A DNA stretch of 64,000 nt, taken from positions 480,001 through 544,000 of the forward strand of contig OZ244160.1 of NCBI GenBank assembly GCA_965216325.1, written 5' to 3'. The position numbers and the translations under genes are program-made. This stretch comes from Coraliomargarita sp. Its GTDB lineage: Bacteria > Verrucomicrobiota > Verrucomicrobiia > Opitutales > Coraliomargaritaceae. This document shows, piece after piece, positions 9,441 to 17,565 of this stretch (its first letter is position 1; every line of letters starts with the position of its first letter). Below the pieces are notes generated by a model. That model ran no database searches, was not told where the DNA came from, and saw only the letters and a program-made list of their open reading frames with translations.

Positions 9441-10244
9441 ATGATGAAATCAAACTATGAAATCAGCCTAACCGCAGCCGCTCTAATGGCGGCTGGTTCT
9501 TTCGCATCTGTACATGCCGCGACTGTTACCTGGGACGGCAGTGAGGCGAATGGTACTTGGAGTGATGGCCTCAACTGGGACTCCGGCACTGTGCCGGCAG
9601 CCAGCGACACGGTTATCATCAATAATGGCGACACTGTAAACGTGGATGTCACCCTTGCAGGAGGGCAGAACATCACCGTCAGCAATGGCTCAACCTTGAA
9701 TAATAATAGCAGCAGCTTCGCGAATGGTGCGACCATCACGTTCGAAAGCGGCGCGACGATCGACTCGGCTGAAGACAAAAACTGGTATCTTGATGGCGGA
9801 GCCAACTTTGTCTTTGAGGATGGTGCGATTGGTGCTGGTGCCTGGCTTAGCATTTATACAAGAAGTGATTTTAATGGGGGCCTCACCTTTAACCTCTCAG
9901 AAACCGGTTTCACCAAGATGGATGCTCGACGTCTTATGGCTTGGACCGACTACACCACCGATATGCCAGGAACGACATTCACAGTCGATATGGCAAGCTA
10001 CACTGGGGGAGTGGGCACCATTGCCTTGATGGATTTTGGCGCGGACACGGGCCTGACAGATGCTCAATTCCAGCTCAGTAATCTTGTCGTGGCGAATGCG
10101 GGTGGCTACACGGCCAACCTCAGCTTTGATGAGGCAAATGATATTATCCAGCTGAACGTTACCGCCATCCCCGAGCCCTCCGTATTCGCACTGCTCTCCG
10201 GTGCGCTGGCATTCGGTTGTGTGATGCTTCGCCGTCGAGCTTAG
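9441..10244 (+). CDS. PEP-CTERM sorting-domain surface protein
   Basis: N-terminal signal peptide, TWDG...WSDGLNW motif, C-terminal IPEPS + hydrophobic helix + RRRA. Confidence 0.95.
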   Translation: MMKSNYEISLTAAALMAAGSFASVHAATVTWDGSEANGTWSDGLNWDSGTVPAASDTVIINNGDTVNVDVTLAGGQNITVSNGSTLNNNSSSFANGATITFESGATIDSAEDKNWYLDGGANFVFEDGAIGAGAWLSIYTRSDFNGGLTFNLSETGFTKMDARRLMAWTDYTTDMPGTTFTVDMASYTGGVGTIALMDFGADTGLTDAQFQLSNLVVANAGGYTANLSFDEANDIIQLNVTAIPEPSVFALLSGALAFGCVMLRRRA

Positions 10245-10262
10245 AGCTTCCAAGTAATTTCG

Positions 10263-10295
10263 AAAACCCTTCGGCCCTGGCCGGAGGTTTTTTTT
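10263..10295 (+). terminator. Rho-independent terminator
   Basis: CCTTCGGC-cctg-GCCGGAGG followed by T8. Confidence 0.85.
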
Positions 10296-10296
10296 G

Positions 10297-10395
10297 GTGC
10301 GCCCGGCAGGGCGCACCTGCTTGACAGTGATTATTATGAAAATTGATAAAAGTCTGTTACTCACCCGGCAAGGGGAAGAGTTAGCCGAAAGGCAA
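10297..10395 (+). mobile_element. 5' remnant of a group IIC intron
   Basis: Starts GTGCGCCCGGCAGGGCGCAC directly after the terminator T-run, the known IIC target. Later GATAAAAGTC and GTTAGCCGAAAGGCAA resemble IIC domain I motifs (from memory). No RT ORF. Confidence 0.7.
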
Positions 10396-10753
10396 CTGCG
10401 GCACGGCGTCCGAGGTGTAAGCACCTGCCACAAGAAGGCCCAAAAGGTCACCGATAAGCTGTAGTCGCGTTGGCGAGAGTTCTTGCCAACCTTCTTCCGC
10501 TCCAGCGCTCCTGAAGGAATCCATGCACCAAACACACTCATTAGCTCTGACAGACTTGACTCCCTATAATCGCGCAACTTTGCTTCCATCTGCGCAAGGG
10601 TCGTCTTTGGTGGACGTCCGCATATTATGTGATTCATCCCGGGGAGAAAACGTTCAAGGTTTCGCATCCAAGAACAATGCATGCCAACGGCCTTTGCGTA
10701 AGTCTTTTAAGCCGAAAATTCGACTCAATTTAAGGCCTTAACTTGGGACATTC
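10396..10753 (-). mobile_element. IS4-family remnant: left end and N-terminal ~90 aa of the transposase
   Basis: Minus-strand NSRQRDYSLSVTFWAFLWQVLTPRTPCR resembles IS4-family N-termini; GAATGTCCCAAGTTAAG (10753-10737) resembles IS4-type terminal repeats; no DDE core. Confidence 0.75.
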
Positions 10754-10902
10754 GGGTTAAATCTTAAAAGAGTAGTCAGAAGTTAGTCACAGACCATCAG
10801 CAGTTTACGGCACCAGAGGGGTTCGCCAAGTTGGCGAGTCCTTAACATTCCGTAAGTCTCTTACACAGTACTAACTAGCTGCGCCCTCTACGGCAGACCT
10901 CC

Positions 10903-10953
10903 GCCTAACTCGCGAATCTAGAATGAGCGAGCGTTTATGATCCCGTGTTCGCC
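10903..10953 (-). other. attC-like recombination site
   Basis: Immediately after the stop of 10954-11652: GGCGAAC-5 nt-ATCATAAACG...CATTCTAGAT-6 nt-GTTAGGC, folding with bulged bases. The R'' box deviates from RYYYAAC. Confidence 0.45.
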
Positions 10954-11652
10954 TTATTTTGGTTGGGCCTCTGAGGCTATAGGCATGTTCAATTGTGTGA
11001 TTGCTTTGGAGTGTATTTTGGTGCTTCCCTTTTTCTGATAGAGGACGATGATTTCTCTATGTGAAGGAGTCAAACGCCACGACGAAGAAAAGAAAAGGTG
11101 CCACTTCTTCTTATCTATAGAGTGACTCATTTTAACGTTTGAGCTCTTTGCCGTGGGCTCTTCATTTTTGATGATTATTTTGGAGAGTGGGTTTATTTCC
11201 TTGTTCTTACCTCCTATCTCTATGGCTATATTAAATTTAGTGAGGTTTCTTATTAACACTGAGCCCCTTGGGAAGTGGATATCCTCAATATAGTGCCCTG
11301 TGTATTTTCCCTCCTCAGGGTAAAGTAGCACCATTCCACTCGTTGCTGCCACTGGAATTTTAACGCTTCCTATTGGAATGGATTCAGGAGTGATTATGGT
11401 GTCCTTTGGGTATAAATTTAGTGGAGATCCTTCGGTGTAATTTGCTAATACCTCAACGGATAGATGTCTTAAGCTTAATTGTAAGTTGCCTTGATTGCCA
11501 GGGATAACAATTTGTGAACGCTCTTGAATTAAGGAATCACAGGCAAATTTGAGTTTGATTGTTTTCTGTGGGTCTTGTGCATGAGCACAGCATTGGAGAA
11601 AAAGTAGAGACAGGATGATGGTGCTAAATTTTTTCATCGGGTGCTTGTTCAT
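10954..11652 (-). CDS. Exported hypothetical protein, partner of the giant PilX-like protein (paralog 2)
   Basis: Signal peptide MKKFSTIILSLLFLQCCAHA; shares LQLSxR, PRG..I.N.T and W..FSSxWR..P..RE with 11758-12537; visibly AT-rich. Confidence 0.75.
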   Translation of the reverse strand: MNKHPMKKFSTIILSLLFLQCCAHAQDPQKTIKLKFACDSLIQERSQIVIPGNQGNLQLSLRHLSVEVLANYTEGSPLNLYPKDTIITPESIPIGSVKIPVAATSGMVLLYPEEGKYTGHYIEDIHFPRGSVLIRNLTKFNIAIEIGGKNKEINPLSKIIIKNEEPTAKSSNVKMSHSIDKKKWHLFFSSSWRLTPSHREIIVLYQKKGSTKIHSKAITQLNMPIASEAQPK

Positions 11653-11757
11653 TAACCTACGGCGTGCGTCTGTATTGCTATACTAAGGGCGTTGCTAATG
11701 ACTTTTGTTCTGTTTTTTAAGGATGAACAAGGTCTGATGCGCCTATGTTCGCATACT

Positions 11758-12537
11758 TTAGTTGGGGGATCTTGGCTGGGCATTGTCCAAAATGGTTCGC
11801 AACTTGAGGCCCTTATTGTGGCTGTTCGGGGAGATTATGCAGAACTCTCTGCGGTGAGGGTGAACGCGCCACTGGGAGGAGAAGATTTTTTCCCATTGAT
11901 TGGAGCTTTCATGTTTTGAGGGTTGGAAAATAGCGATGGCTTGGGAGCTTGGGGGATTCGTGCCTTTGAAGAGGTGAAACTTGCCAGGATTGAGTTTGAT
12001 AGTTTTATTTTCTTTCAAGCGAATCGCGATGATTTGAGGCGTAACATTGAAGACGATCATGCCTCCACGGGGGATTTTCTGTGAGGGAATGGCGATGGCT
12101 TTATAGGGTAGTTTGGAGGAAGATGGGTTGCCCTTGGGGGCATCGGGGTTGGGAATGAGGATGATATGATAGTGGGTAGAGTTTTTGTTAGGAAGAGAGA
12201 GTTTGGCAAGGGGGCGAGGGGGAAGGGCATTGGAATCTTCTTGATTGAGGTTGCTGGTAGTTTTGTCCGTGATTGTTGCATTCGCAGCGACAGTGGCACT
12301 GGTGAGGTAGATTGTATTGTTGGAATCGGGAGATATTTTGACGGGCTTGGAAAAGTAGCGCGTGCTTAGCTGAAGATTCGGCATGGGCTTTCCTTCAACA
12401 TGGAAGCCTACGAGGCCATCGTGGTTTTGAGCCAGTGCAAAGAGGGCAAAGGTGAGGTGGACGGGTGCTTGTTTTGCTTCCTGGCCGGAAAGGGTCGCCG
12501 TGAAAATAAGCAGGATCAAAGCTTGGATAAATTTCAT
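11758..12537 (-). CDS. Exported hypothetical protein, partner of the giant PilX-like protein (paralog 1)
   Basis: Signal peptide MKFIQALILLIFTATLSG; 40 bp downstream of the PilX-like gene; motifs shared with paralog 2. Confidence 0.8.
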   Translation of the reverse strand: MKFIQALILLIFTATLSGQEAKQAPVHLTFALFALAQNHDGLVGFHVEGKPMPNLQLSTRYFSKPVKISPDSNNTIYLTSATVAANATITDKTTSNLNQEDSNALPPRPLAKLSLPNKNSTHYHIILIPNPDAPKGNPSSSKLPYKAIAIPSQKIPRGGMIVFNVTPQIIAIRLKENKTIKLNPGKFHLFKGTNPPSSQAIAIFQPSKHESSNQWEKIFSSQWRVHPHRREFCIISPNSHNKGLKLRTILDNAQPRSPN

Positions 12538-12577
12538 GGATAAATGGAACTTGGTTTAAGCGTAATGAGAGAGCCGT

Positions 12578-15500
12578 TTAAATTTCATCGGCACTTAACC
12601 AGCGGGAGGAAACAATCTTGAAGCGACGTCCAAAGGTGTTGTTGATATCTGTGAGGTCTGCATTCTCCGTCCCATCATCAAGTTTTCTAGGTATGAGAGG
12701 GCTGTTTTGGGGGTCGACATAGTCAGGGATACGCTGAACGATGGCCTCGCACCAAGCACGGGAAATGATGTTGTCGTTCACGTCCCGGGTATCTCCATAA
12801 GCGCGTATTGTGAAGGTGTCTCCCCGAACGGTGAGCTGGTTGCCGATGGCTTGGAGGAGGTCAGACTGCATCAGGTATCCGGGCATTCCAGCGAAGCGGG
12901 AGCCTTTGGCGGCACGGGAGTTGGGGTAGTCGGCGGGGAGGGATGTGACCATTGCTGCGGCGTCTTTGTAAGCTCCGTTAAGTGAACTGGATGAGCCTGT
13001 GCCATTGTAGTCATTGTCGAATTCATCTGAGTCAATGGCTGCTTGCAGGGTCCCAGAGACGCCCATGGCATCATCTGAGAGCCGATGGTTGATAAAGTCT
13101 GCCATGTTGAGGAAAGGGCCCCGTTTTTTAATTTGGGTGACAATGTCTTCGGCCAGGGTGTCGATGTCACTTTCAGTTAAGAGCCTGAGACCACTCCAGG
13201 TTGTGCTGTTGCCAGGGCTTCCGCTGTCTTGGCTGCTCCCACTGGCAAGACGGAAGCGACTGAGGGCGACATGCTCGCCTTTGGTGTCGATGATTCCCTT
13301 ATCGCCTGTTCTGGAGTCGAGGTAAGGGATTTTCCGGTGTCGCAGTCCCCAGAGAAATGATTTCCACACCTCAACAGAGGTGGTGTTGACATTAAAGGGG
13401 GCTTCCAGCATGAGGTAGCGGGCACTCTTAAGCCATGCGTCAGGGTCGTCAGCGGCGAGTTCATTGACAATTTGGTCACTGCTCTTGCTGATGAAAGGTT
13501 TGAGGTGGTGGTTGAGAAGAGGTTTGAATTTGGCTAAATCAGTGGTGAAGAAATCTTCGGCGACCGTTTTCAAATCACGGATTACTGTGGTTGTTGATGT
13601 TTGGGGGATGAGAGATGAAAAGTAGTAAGAGTCCCATAGTGCTTCGTTGGTAAGGAAAAGCTGGTCCCAATAATCGTCAAAGACATTGATATTGGTTGCG
13701 ACGGTATTGCCATCGGGGTGTCCTCGATCTTCTCCAAGGTTATTCCGGTGATAAACCGAGCTTGGCCCAATCATGGGGTGCGCGTGGCTATTTCCGATAC
13801 CAACACCAACAGATCCTCCTCTGTGCGAGATGTGTTTGTAGTCATAGGTGTTATGTTCGCCACCGTATGCTTCGAAATTTGGTTTGGGAATGTCATCTTG
13901 CAGATGTTGTCGGGTGCGAGCGCGGGCGGAGTCCATTCGCATTGTAGCGAAGGCGGCTAGGCTGGTGGGCGGAGAGGTTGGAAGTTCGAAGAGAGGCACC
14001 TGAGTTTGCCCGGTGGAGGCTCCCCAACCGCCACCAAAGTAGCCATTCCGACCATCCACTTGCACATACTGAGAGACTTCGGTGTCTCCGTTGACGGGGC
14101 GAAAGTGGATTTTGTAGGGAGAATTTGCCCGGCTGAGGGGGGCGGGGTTGAGAAGGACGTTGCAGAGGTTGGCGGGAGAGGCATGGAGGAAGGTTCGATT
14201 GCGGAAATCTTGGGCGTAATCGGGGGTGGTATTTGTATAGCTAAAGGTCTCGGCGCCTTTAGTCATGACGGATACAATGGCAACAGGCTGGGGGAGCTCG
14301 CTACTGAAGTCCCATGCCGCTCTCTCGGCCGCGGAGTTTTTGACCAGCCAGGCACCGCTATCAGCGTTGTCGGGGTCGTGTTCAACCTCAGCAGTCGAGA
14401 ACCAATTGATTGAGACGGAACCAAAGGGGACAGTTCCTAAGTTGGAATTGGTGGTAAGAAGCTCACCGTCGCGATCATAGATTCCTCTGTTTGCACCTGG
14501 ACCGTTCCAGAAGAAAGAGGAGATAGCCTGTGGTTGATTTCCCAGAATACGGTTTTCGGTAAATTGATTGTTGGGATTTGAAAATCTGAGTGAAAATGAA
14601 GGGTTTTCAGTGGGTTCTACTGAATCGAGCACATCAATACGAAGTTGCATTCCGCGGGTAGCCGGAGTGTCTTCAGGTGGTTTGTAGCCAAAGGTCGCAT
14701 TGTAGGCTTGCCCATCCACTTCGTCTTCGGTTGAAAAGGCAATGACCTCCCCGGGTTTAAAAATGATTTCATTGCCCTCGCCAAAAGCTGTTGTGACATA
14801 TCCTTTAAAGAAATCACCAAGATTAAGTCTACGGTTTGTGGCGACGGCGTCAGTTCCTTTATAGACATTGTAGTAAAGGTTGGTGACATTTCCTAGAGAG
14901 CAAGAAAGGCTGAACTTTCCAGGGTCCAGGCGAAGCTCTACATTGTAAGGATTCCAGAGGTGAAAAGTGGGGACCCCAACGATGTAGCAATCATAGCCGT
15001 CAGCCACTTCTTCTGTGCGAGTGCAGATGACCCAGGTTTGTCGTAAGAGTACGGGTTGGCGATAGTATCCATCTGTGTCTAGTGCTAATTTTTTCACATT
15101 ATCAAAGTCATTTGTGTGACCCATGAGGAAGCGCTTGGTGTATGGGGTTGCTGTTTCCCAGTTCAGCCTTTGACCGATGCCTTCGGGTTCATTGCCTGAT
15201 GTGAAATCTGTTCCAAAGGGTCGATAGAGGCGGTAATATTGATGCATTTGACGCCAAGAAACGGGAGCGATGAAAGGATTCTGTGGTTCAATGGAGGCGA
15301 GTTCCCCTATCATCGGGCGGATGGGAGTGTCAAATTCCACACTGTTAAAGACTGTGGAGCTTACCATATTCGTAGGAAGATTTTCTTGTTCAAAAAGAAG
15401 GCTGAGATCTTTTTTCAGACGCCCTGAGCGAACATCAACGAGGAGGCCACGGTTCAATGGCGCAATATGGTGATAGTGTTGCCCCAACTTATCAGGAGTG

Positions 15501-16342
15501 TTCAGTCCAAGTTCGTGGTTTCGAAAAGTGTGGTATTTATCTAGACTGGCTGGATCCAAGTTCATGGATTCTAATCCATCTAAGTGATCCATTCCAGAAT
15601 GATTCGGATAGGCCGCTTGGTTTTGGGCAACCTGGAAATTGTCGTTTGGGGTGGGGGCTTTGCCAATGGCGGCGGTAATGGACTGGGAGTTGTCTTTTAC
15701 CCACCAGGCGTAGCCCCCGGGGATTTTAGTATTGGTTTTGACCAGGGGGACCAGGACTTTGTCGGAGGCAGAGCCGCTTGTTCCAAGAGTTCTTTGAGAA
15801 ACAAGTTCAACAGCTTGACCTGGAAAATCGTTTAAAGCCGAATCTCTTTCATTGACCCACGGGGCATCTGCACTGGAACTTACCAGCCAACGGCGAAAGA
15901 GCTTTTTAGATCTGCCTTGTTCATTATAGGTGTCCTGGATGCTGAGAGTTGATCCATCGGGGAGGGTTTTTGGATCGGTTAGCCAAGTGTCCCAAGCTTC
16001 TGTGACTCCAAGGTAGTTCTTGTGGGTGACTCCATCAATTTCGGGTGTATCCGGGGCAGTGTCCAGTAAGGACGCCGAGAAGGAGATGCGCCCATCGGGG
16101 CCCATTTCTTTCTGCAAATTCCCGATGGCGATCATGAGAGCCATTTTTGCATTGGCTCGAGCAGCCTCGGAGACTGCTCTTTGATTTGCAGCACGAGTCT
16201 CAATGGTGGTGAGACTAACCAGGGTCAGAACAATCAGAATGAGTAGGCTCGACAAGGAGATCGTCACAACCAATGCAAAGCCATGATTTTGAGATAGACC
16301 AAGGTTCCTTCTGCTCGATGGTTTCTTTTTTGAGTGATCCAT
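12578..16342 (-). CDS. Giant PilX/GspK-like minor (pseudo)pilin of the Verrucomicrobial type (resembles Verru_Chthon cassette A)
   Basis: Basic leader, then G|FALVVT hydrophobic helix lacking Glu5; ARANAKMAL..AIGNLQKEMGPD; PFNVNTTSVEVW; RGDTFTIRAYG; C-terminal FGRRFKIVSSRWLSADEI. Confidence 0.85.
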   Translation of the reverse strand: MDHSKKKPSSRRNLGLSQNHGFALVVTISLSSLLILIVLTLVSLTTIETRAANQRAVSEAARANAKMALMIAIGNLQKEMGPDGRISFSASLLDTAPDTPEIDGVTHKNYLGVTEAWDTWLTDPKTLPDGSTLSIQDTYNEQGRSKKLFRRWLVSSSADAPWVNERDSALNDFPGQAVELVSQRTLGTSGSASDKVLVPLVKTNTKIPGGYAWWVKDNSQSITAAIGKAPTPNDNFQVAQNQAAYPNHSGMDHLDGLESMNLDPASLDKYHTFRNHELGLNTPDKLGQHYHHIAPLNRGLLVDVRSGRLKKDLSLLFEQENLPTNMVSSTVFNSVEFDTPIRPMIGELASIEPQNPFIAPVSWRQMHQYYRLYRPFGTDFTSGNEPEGIGQRLNWETATPYTKRFLMGHTNDFDNVKKLALDTDGYYRQPVLLRQTWVICTRTEEVADGYDCYIVGVPTFHLWNPYNVELRLDPGKFSLSCSLGNVTNLYYNVYKGTDAVATNRRLNLGDFFKGYVTTAFGEGNEIIFKPGEVIAFSTEDEVDGQAYNATFGYKPPEDTPATRGMQLRIDVLDSVEPTENPSFSLRFSNPNNQFTENRILGNQPQAISSFFWNGPGANRGIYDRDGELLTTNSNLGTVPFGSVSINWFSTAEVEHDPDNADSGAWLVKNSAAERAAWDFSSELPQPVAIVSVMTKGAETFSYTNTTPDYAQDFRNRTFLHASPANLCNVLLNPAPLSRANSPYKIHFRPVNGDTEVSQYVQVDGRNGYFGGGWGASTGQTQVPLFELPTSPPTSLAAFATMRMDSARARTRQHLQDDIPKPNFEAYGGEHNTYDYKHISHRGGSVGVGIGNSHAHPMIGPSSVYHRNNLGEDRGHPDGNTVATNINVFDDYWDQLFLTNEALWDSYYFSSLIPQTSTTTVIRDLKTVAEDFFTTDLAKFKPLLNHHLKPFISKSSDQIVNELAADDPDAWLKSARYLMLEAPFNVNTTSVEVWKSFLWGLRHRKIPYLDSRTGDKGIIDTKGEHVALSRFRLASGSSQDSGSPGNSTTWSGLRLLTESDIDTLAEDIVTQIKKRGPFLNMADFINHRLSDDAMGVSGTLQAAIDSDEFDNDYNGTGSSSSLNGAYKDAAAMVTSLPADYPNSRAAKGSRFAGMPGYLMQSDLLQAIGNQLTVRGDTFTIRAYGDTRDVNDNIISRAWCEAIVQRIPDYVDPQNSPLIPRKLDDGTENADLTDINNTFGRRFKIVSSRWLSADEI

Positions 16343-16393
16343 GCTACCTAAATGAAAATAAATATTATTCTATTATTATAAAAATAACCACTT

Positions 16394-16423
16394 TGACAAC
16401 ACGGCTGATCGGCCGTGTTTACA
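16394..16423. promoter_or_regulatory. Palindromic operator between divergent promoters
   Basis: AACACGGC-TGATCG-GCCGTGTT (16398-16419), flanked symmetrically by -35-like TTTACA (+) and TTGTCA (-), with AT-rich -10 candidates about 16 bp beyond each. Confidence 0.7.
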
Positions 16424-16469
16424 CATTTAATTTTTATAGTAGTATGATGTCTTAACATTTCATACTCTT

Positions 16470-17345
16470 ATGCGTCTGGGTCTTAATACTTTTCTTGTTA
16501 GCTCGGGCTTCACCGATGCAGATATCCCTTTGATTTCGCAATTCAAGGCCTATGGAGCAGAGGTGATTGAGCTCGCGATCGTAGAGCCCGCATCCGTCAC
16601 TGTGTCCAAATTATTGACTGCGCTGGAGGCGGCCGAGCTGCCTTGCCCGATTATATGTGGTGCATTCCCCCCTGGGCGTGACCTACGTGGCAGTTCCGAA
16701 GAAGTGGCGGCGACGGTGAGGTATTTGAATGAGCTGATCGATTTGGCTGTGCAATTGCACTCAAAGGTGGTCTGTGGGCCGTTTTATTCGGCAACCGGTC
16801 GAGCCGGAAGTCATACCGCTGAAGCGCGTGAGGAACAGTTGGAGCAGATTGCGACGGCCTTGAAGCCAGTCTGCGCAAAAGCGGAGGCGGCGGGCATTGT
16901 GTTGGCCATGGAGCCGCTCAACCGTTTTGAGACAGATTGTGTGAATACACTACAGCAGGCAGTTGATTTAATCGATCGTGTGGGGAGTCCTGCCCTTAAA
17001 ATACACATGGATACATTCCATATGAATATAGAGGAGGAGGACTCCGCTGCGGCGATCCTCAACTATGCGCCCTATATCGGTCATGTGCATGCGAGTGCGA
17101 GTCACCGTGGGCTGTTGGGGCACGATCAGGTCGACTGGCAGGGAGTGCTCGGTGCGTTGCACGGTGTTGGCTACGACGGCGATATTGTGATCGAAAGCTT
17201 CTCTGCGGGCAATGAAGTGATTGCCCGGGCCGCTGCGATTTGGCGCCCCTTATATGAGTACCCTGAAACCTTGGCGGTGGAGGGCCTGAAATTTCTGCAA
17301 GATACTTGGCAACATGTGTGCTCAAAAAACTGTCAACCCGTATAG
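16470..17345 (+). CDS. Sugar phosphate isomerase/epimerase (D-psicose/D-tagatose 3-epimerase-like TIM barrel)
   Basis: CGPFYS, EPLNRFE, DTFHMNIEE, HVH...HRG and ESF metal-binding motifs. Confidence 0.9.
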   Translation: MRLGLNTFLVSSGFTDADIPLISQFKAYGAEVIELAIVEPASVTVSKLLTALEAAELPCPIICGAFPPGRDLRGSSEEVAATVRYLNELIDLAVQLHSKVVCGPFYSATGRAGSHTAEAREEQLEQIATALKPVCAKAEAAGIVLAMEPLNRFETDCVNTLQQAVDLIDRVGSPALKIHMDTFHMNIEEEDSAAAILNYAPYIGHVHASASHRGLLGHDQVDWQGVLGALHGVGYDGDIVIESFSAGNEVIARAAAIWRPLYEYPETLAVEGLKFLQDTWQHVCSKNCQPV

Positions 17346-17381
17346 TTCTTATGAAAAAAGGAACGCTTGATTGAATTTTGT

Positions 17382-17522
17382 ATGATACGAAAAATCACTC
17401 AATCACTCAATCACTCAATCACTCAATCACTCAGTCTGCTACTCGCCGCGGTTGCGCTGTGCAGCACTGCATCTGCGAAACCGAATCAGTTTCGGAAAAT
17501 ATCCAATCTTCAAAATAAATAA
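17382..17522 (+). pseudogene. Signal-peptide-only remnant, possibly the 5' end of a deleted sulfatase gene
   Basis: Translates as MIRKITQSLNHSITQSLSLLLAAVALCSTASA-KPNQFRKISNLQNK*; A-x-A cleavage site followed by KPN. Confidence 0.45.
17393..17432 (+). repeat. Tandem repeat (AATCACTC)x5
   Basis: Five perfect 8-mer copies read directly. Confidence 0.97.
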
Positions 17523-17565
17523 TATCCAACCATCTAAATAAAAAAACATCCAAAATCAGTTACTT

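Noticed and set aside
9897..10395. C-terminal part of the 261-aa minus-strand ORF
   Set aside because: Read-through of the broken transposase into the intron remnant and the antisense strand of the PEP-CTERM gene.
11655..11757. Second attC site between the two paralogs (TGCGAAC...GTTCATC; ACAGAAC...GTTAATG on the minus strand)
   Set aside because: R-like boxes are present but I could not pair L boxes; at best a degenerate relic.
17393..17432. CRISPR array
   Set aside because: Contiguous 8-mers with no spacers and no cas genes; no CRISPR was seen anywhere in the window.
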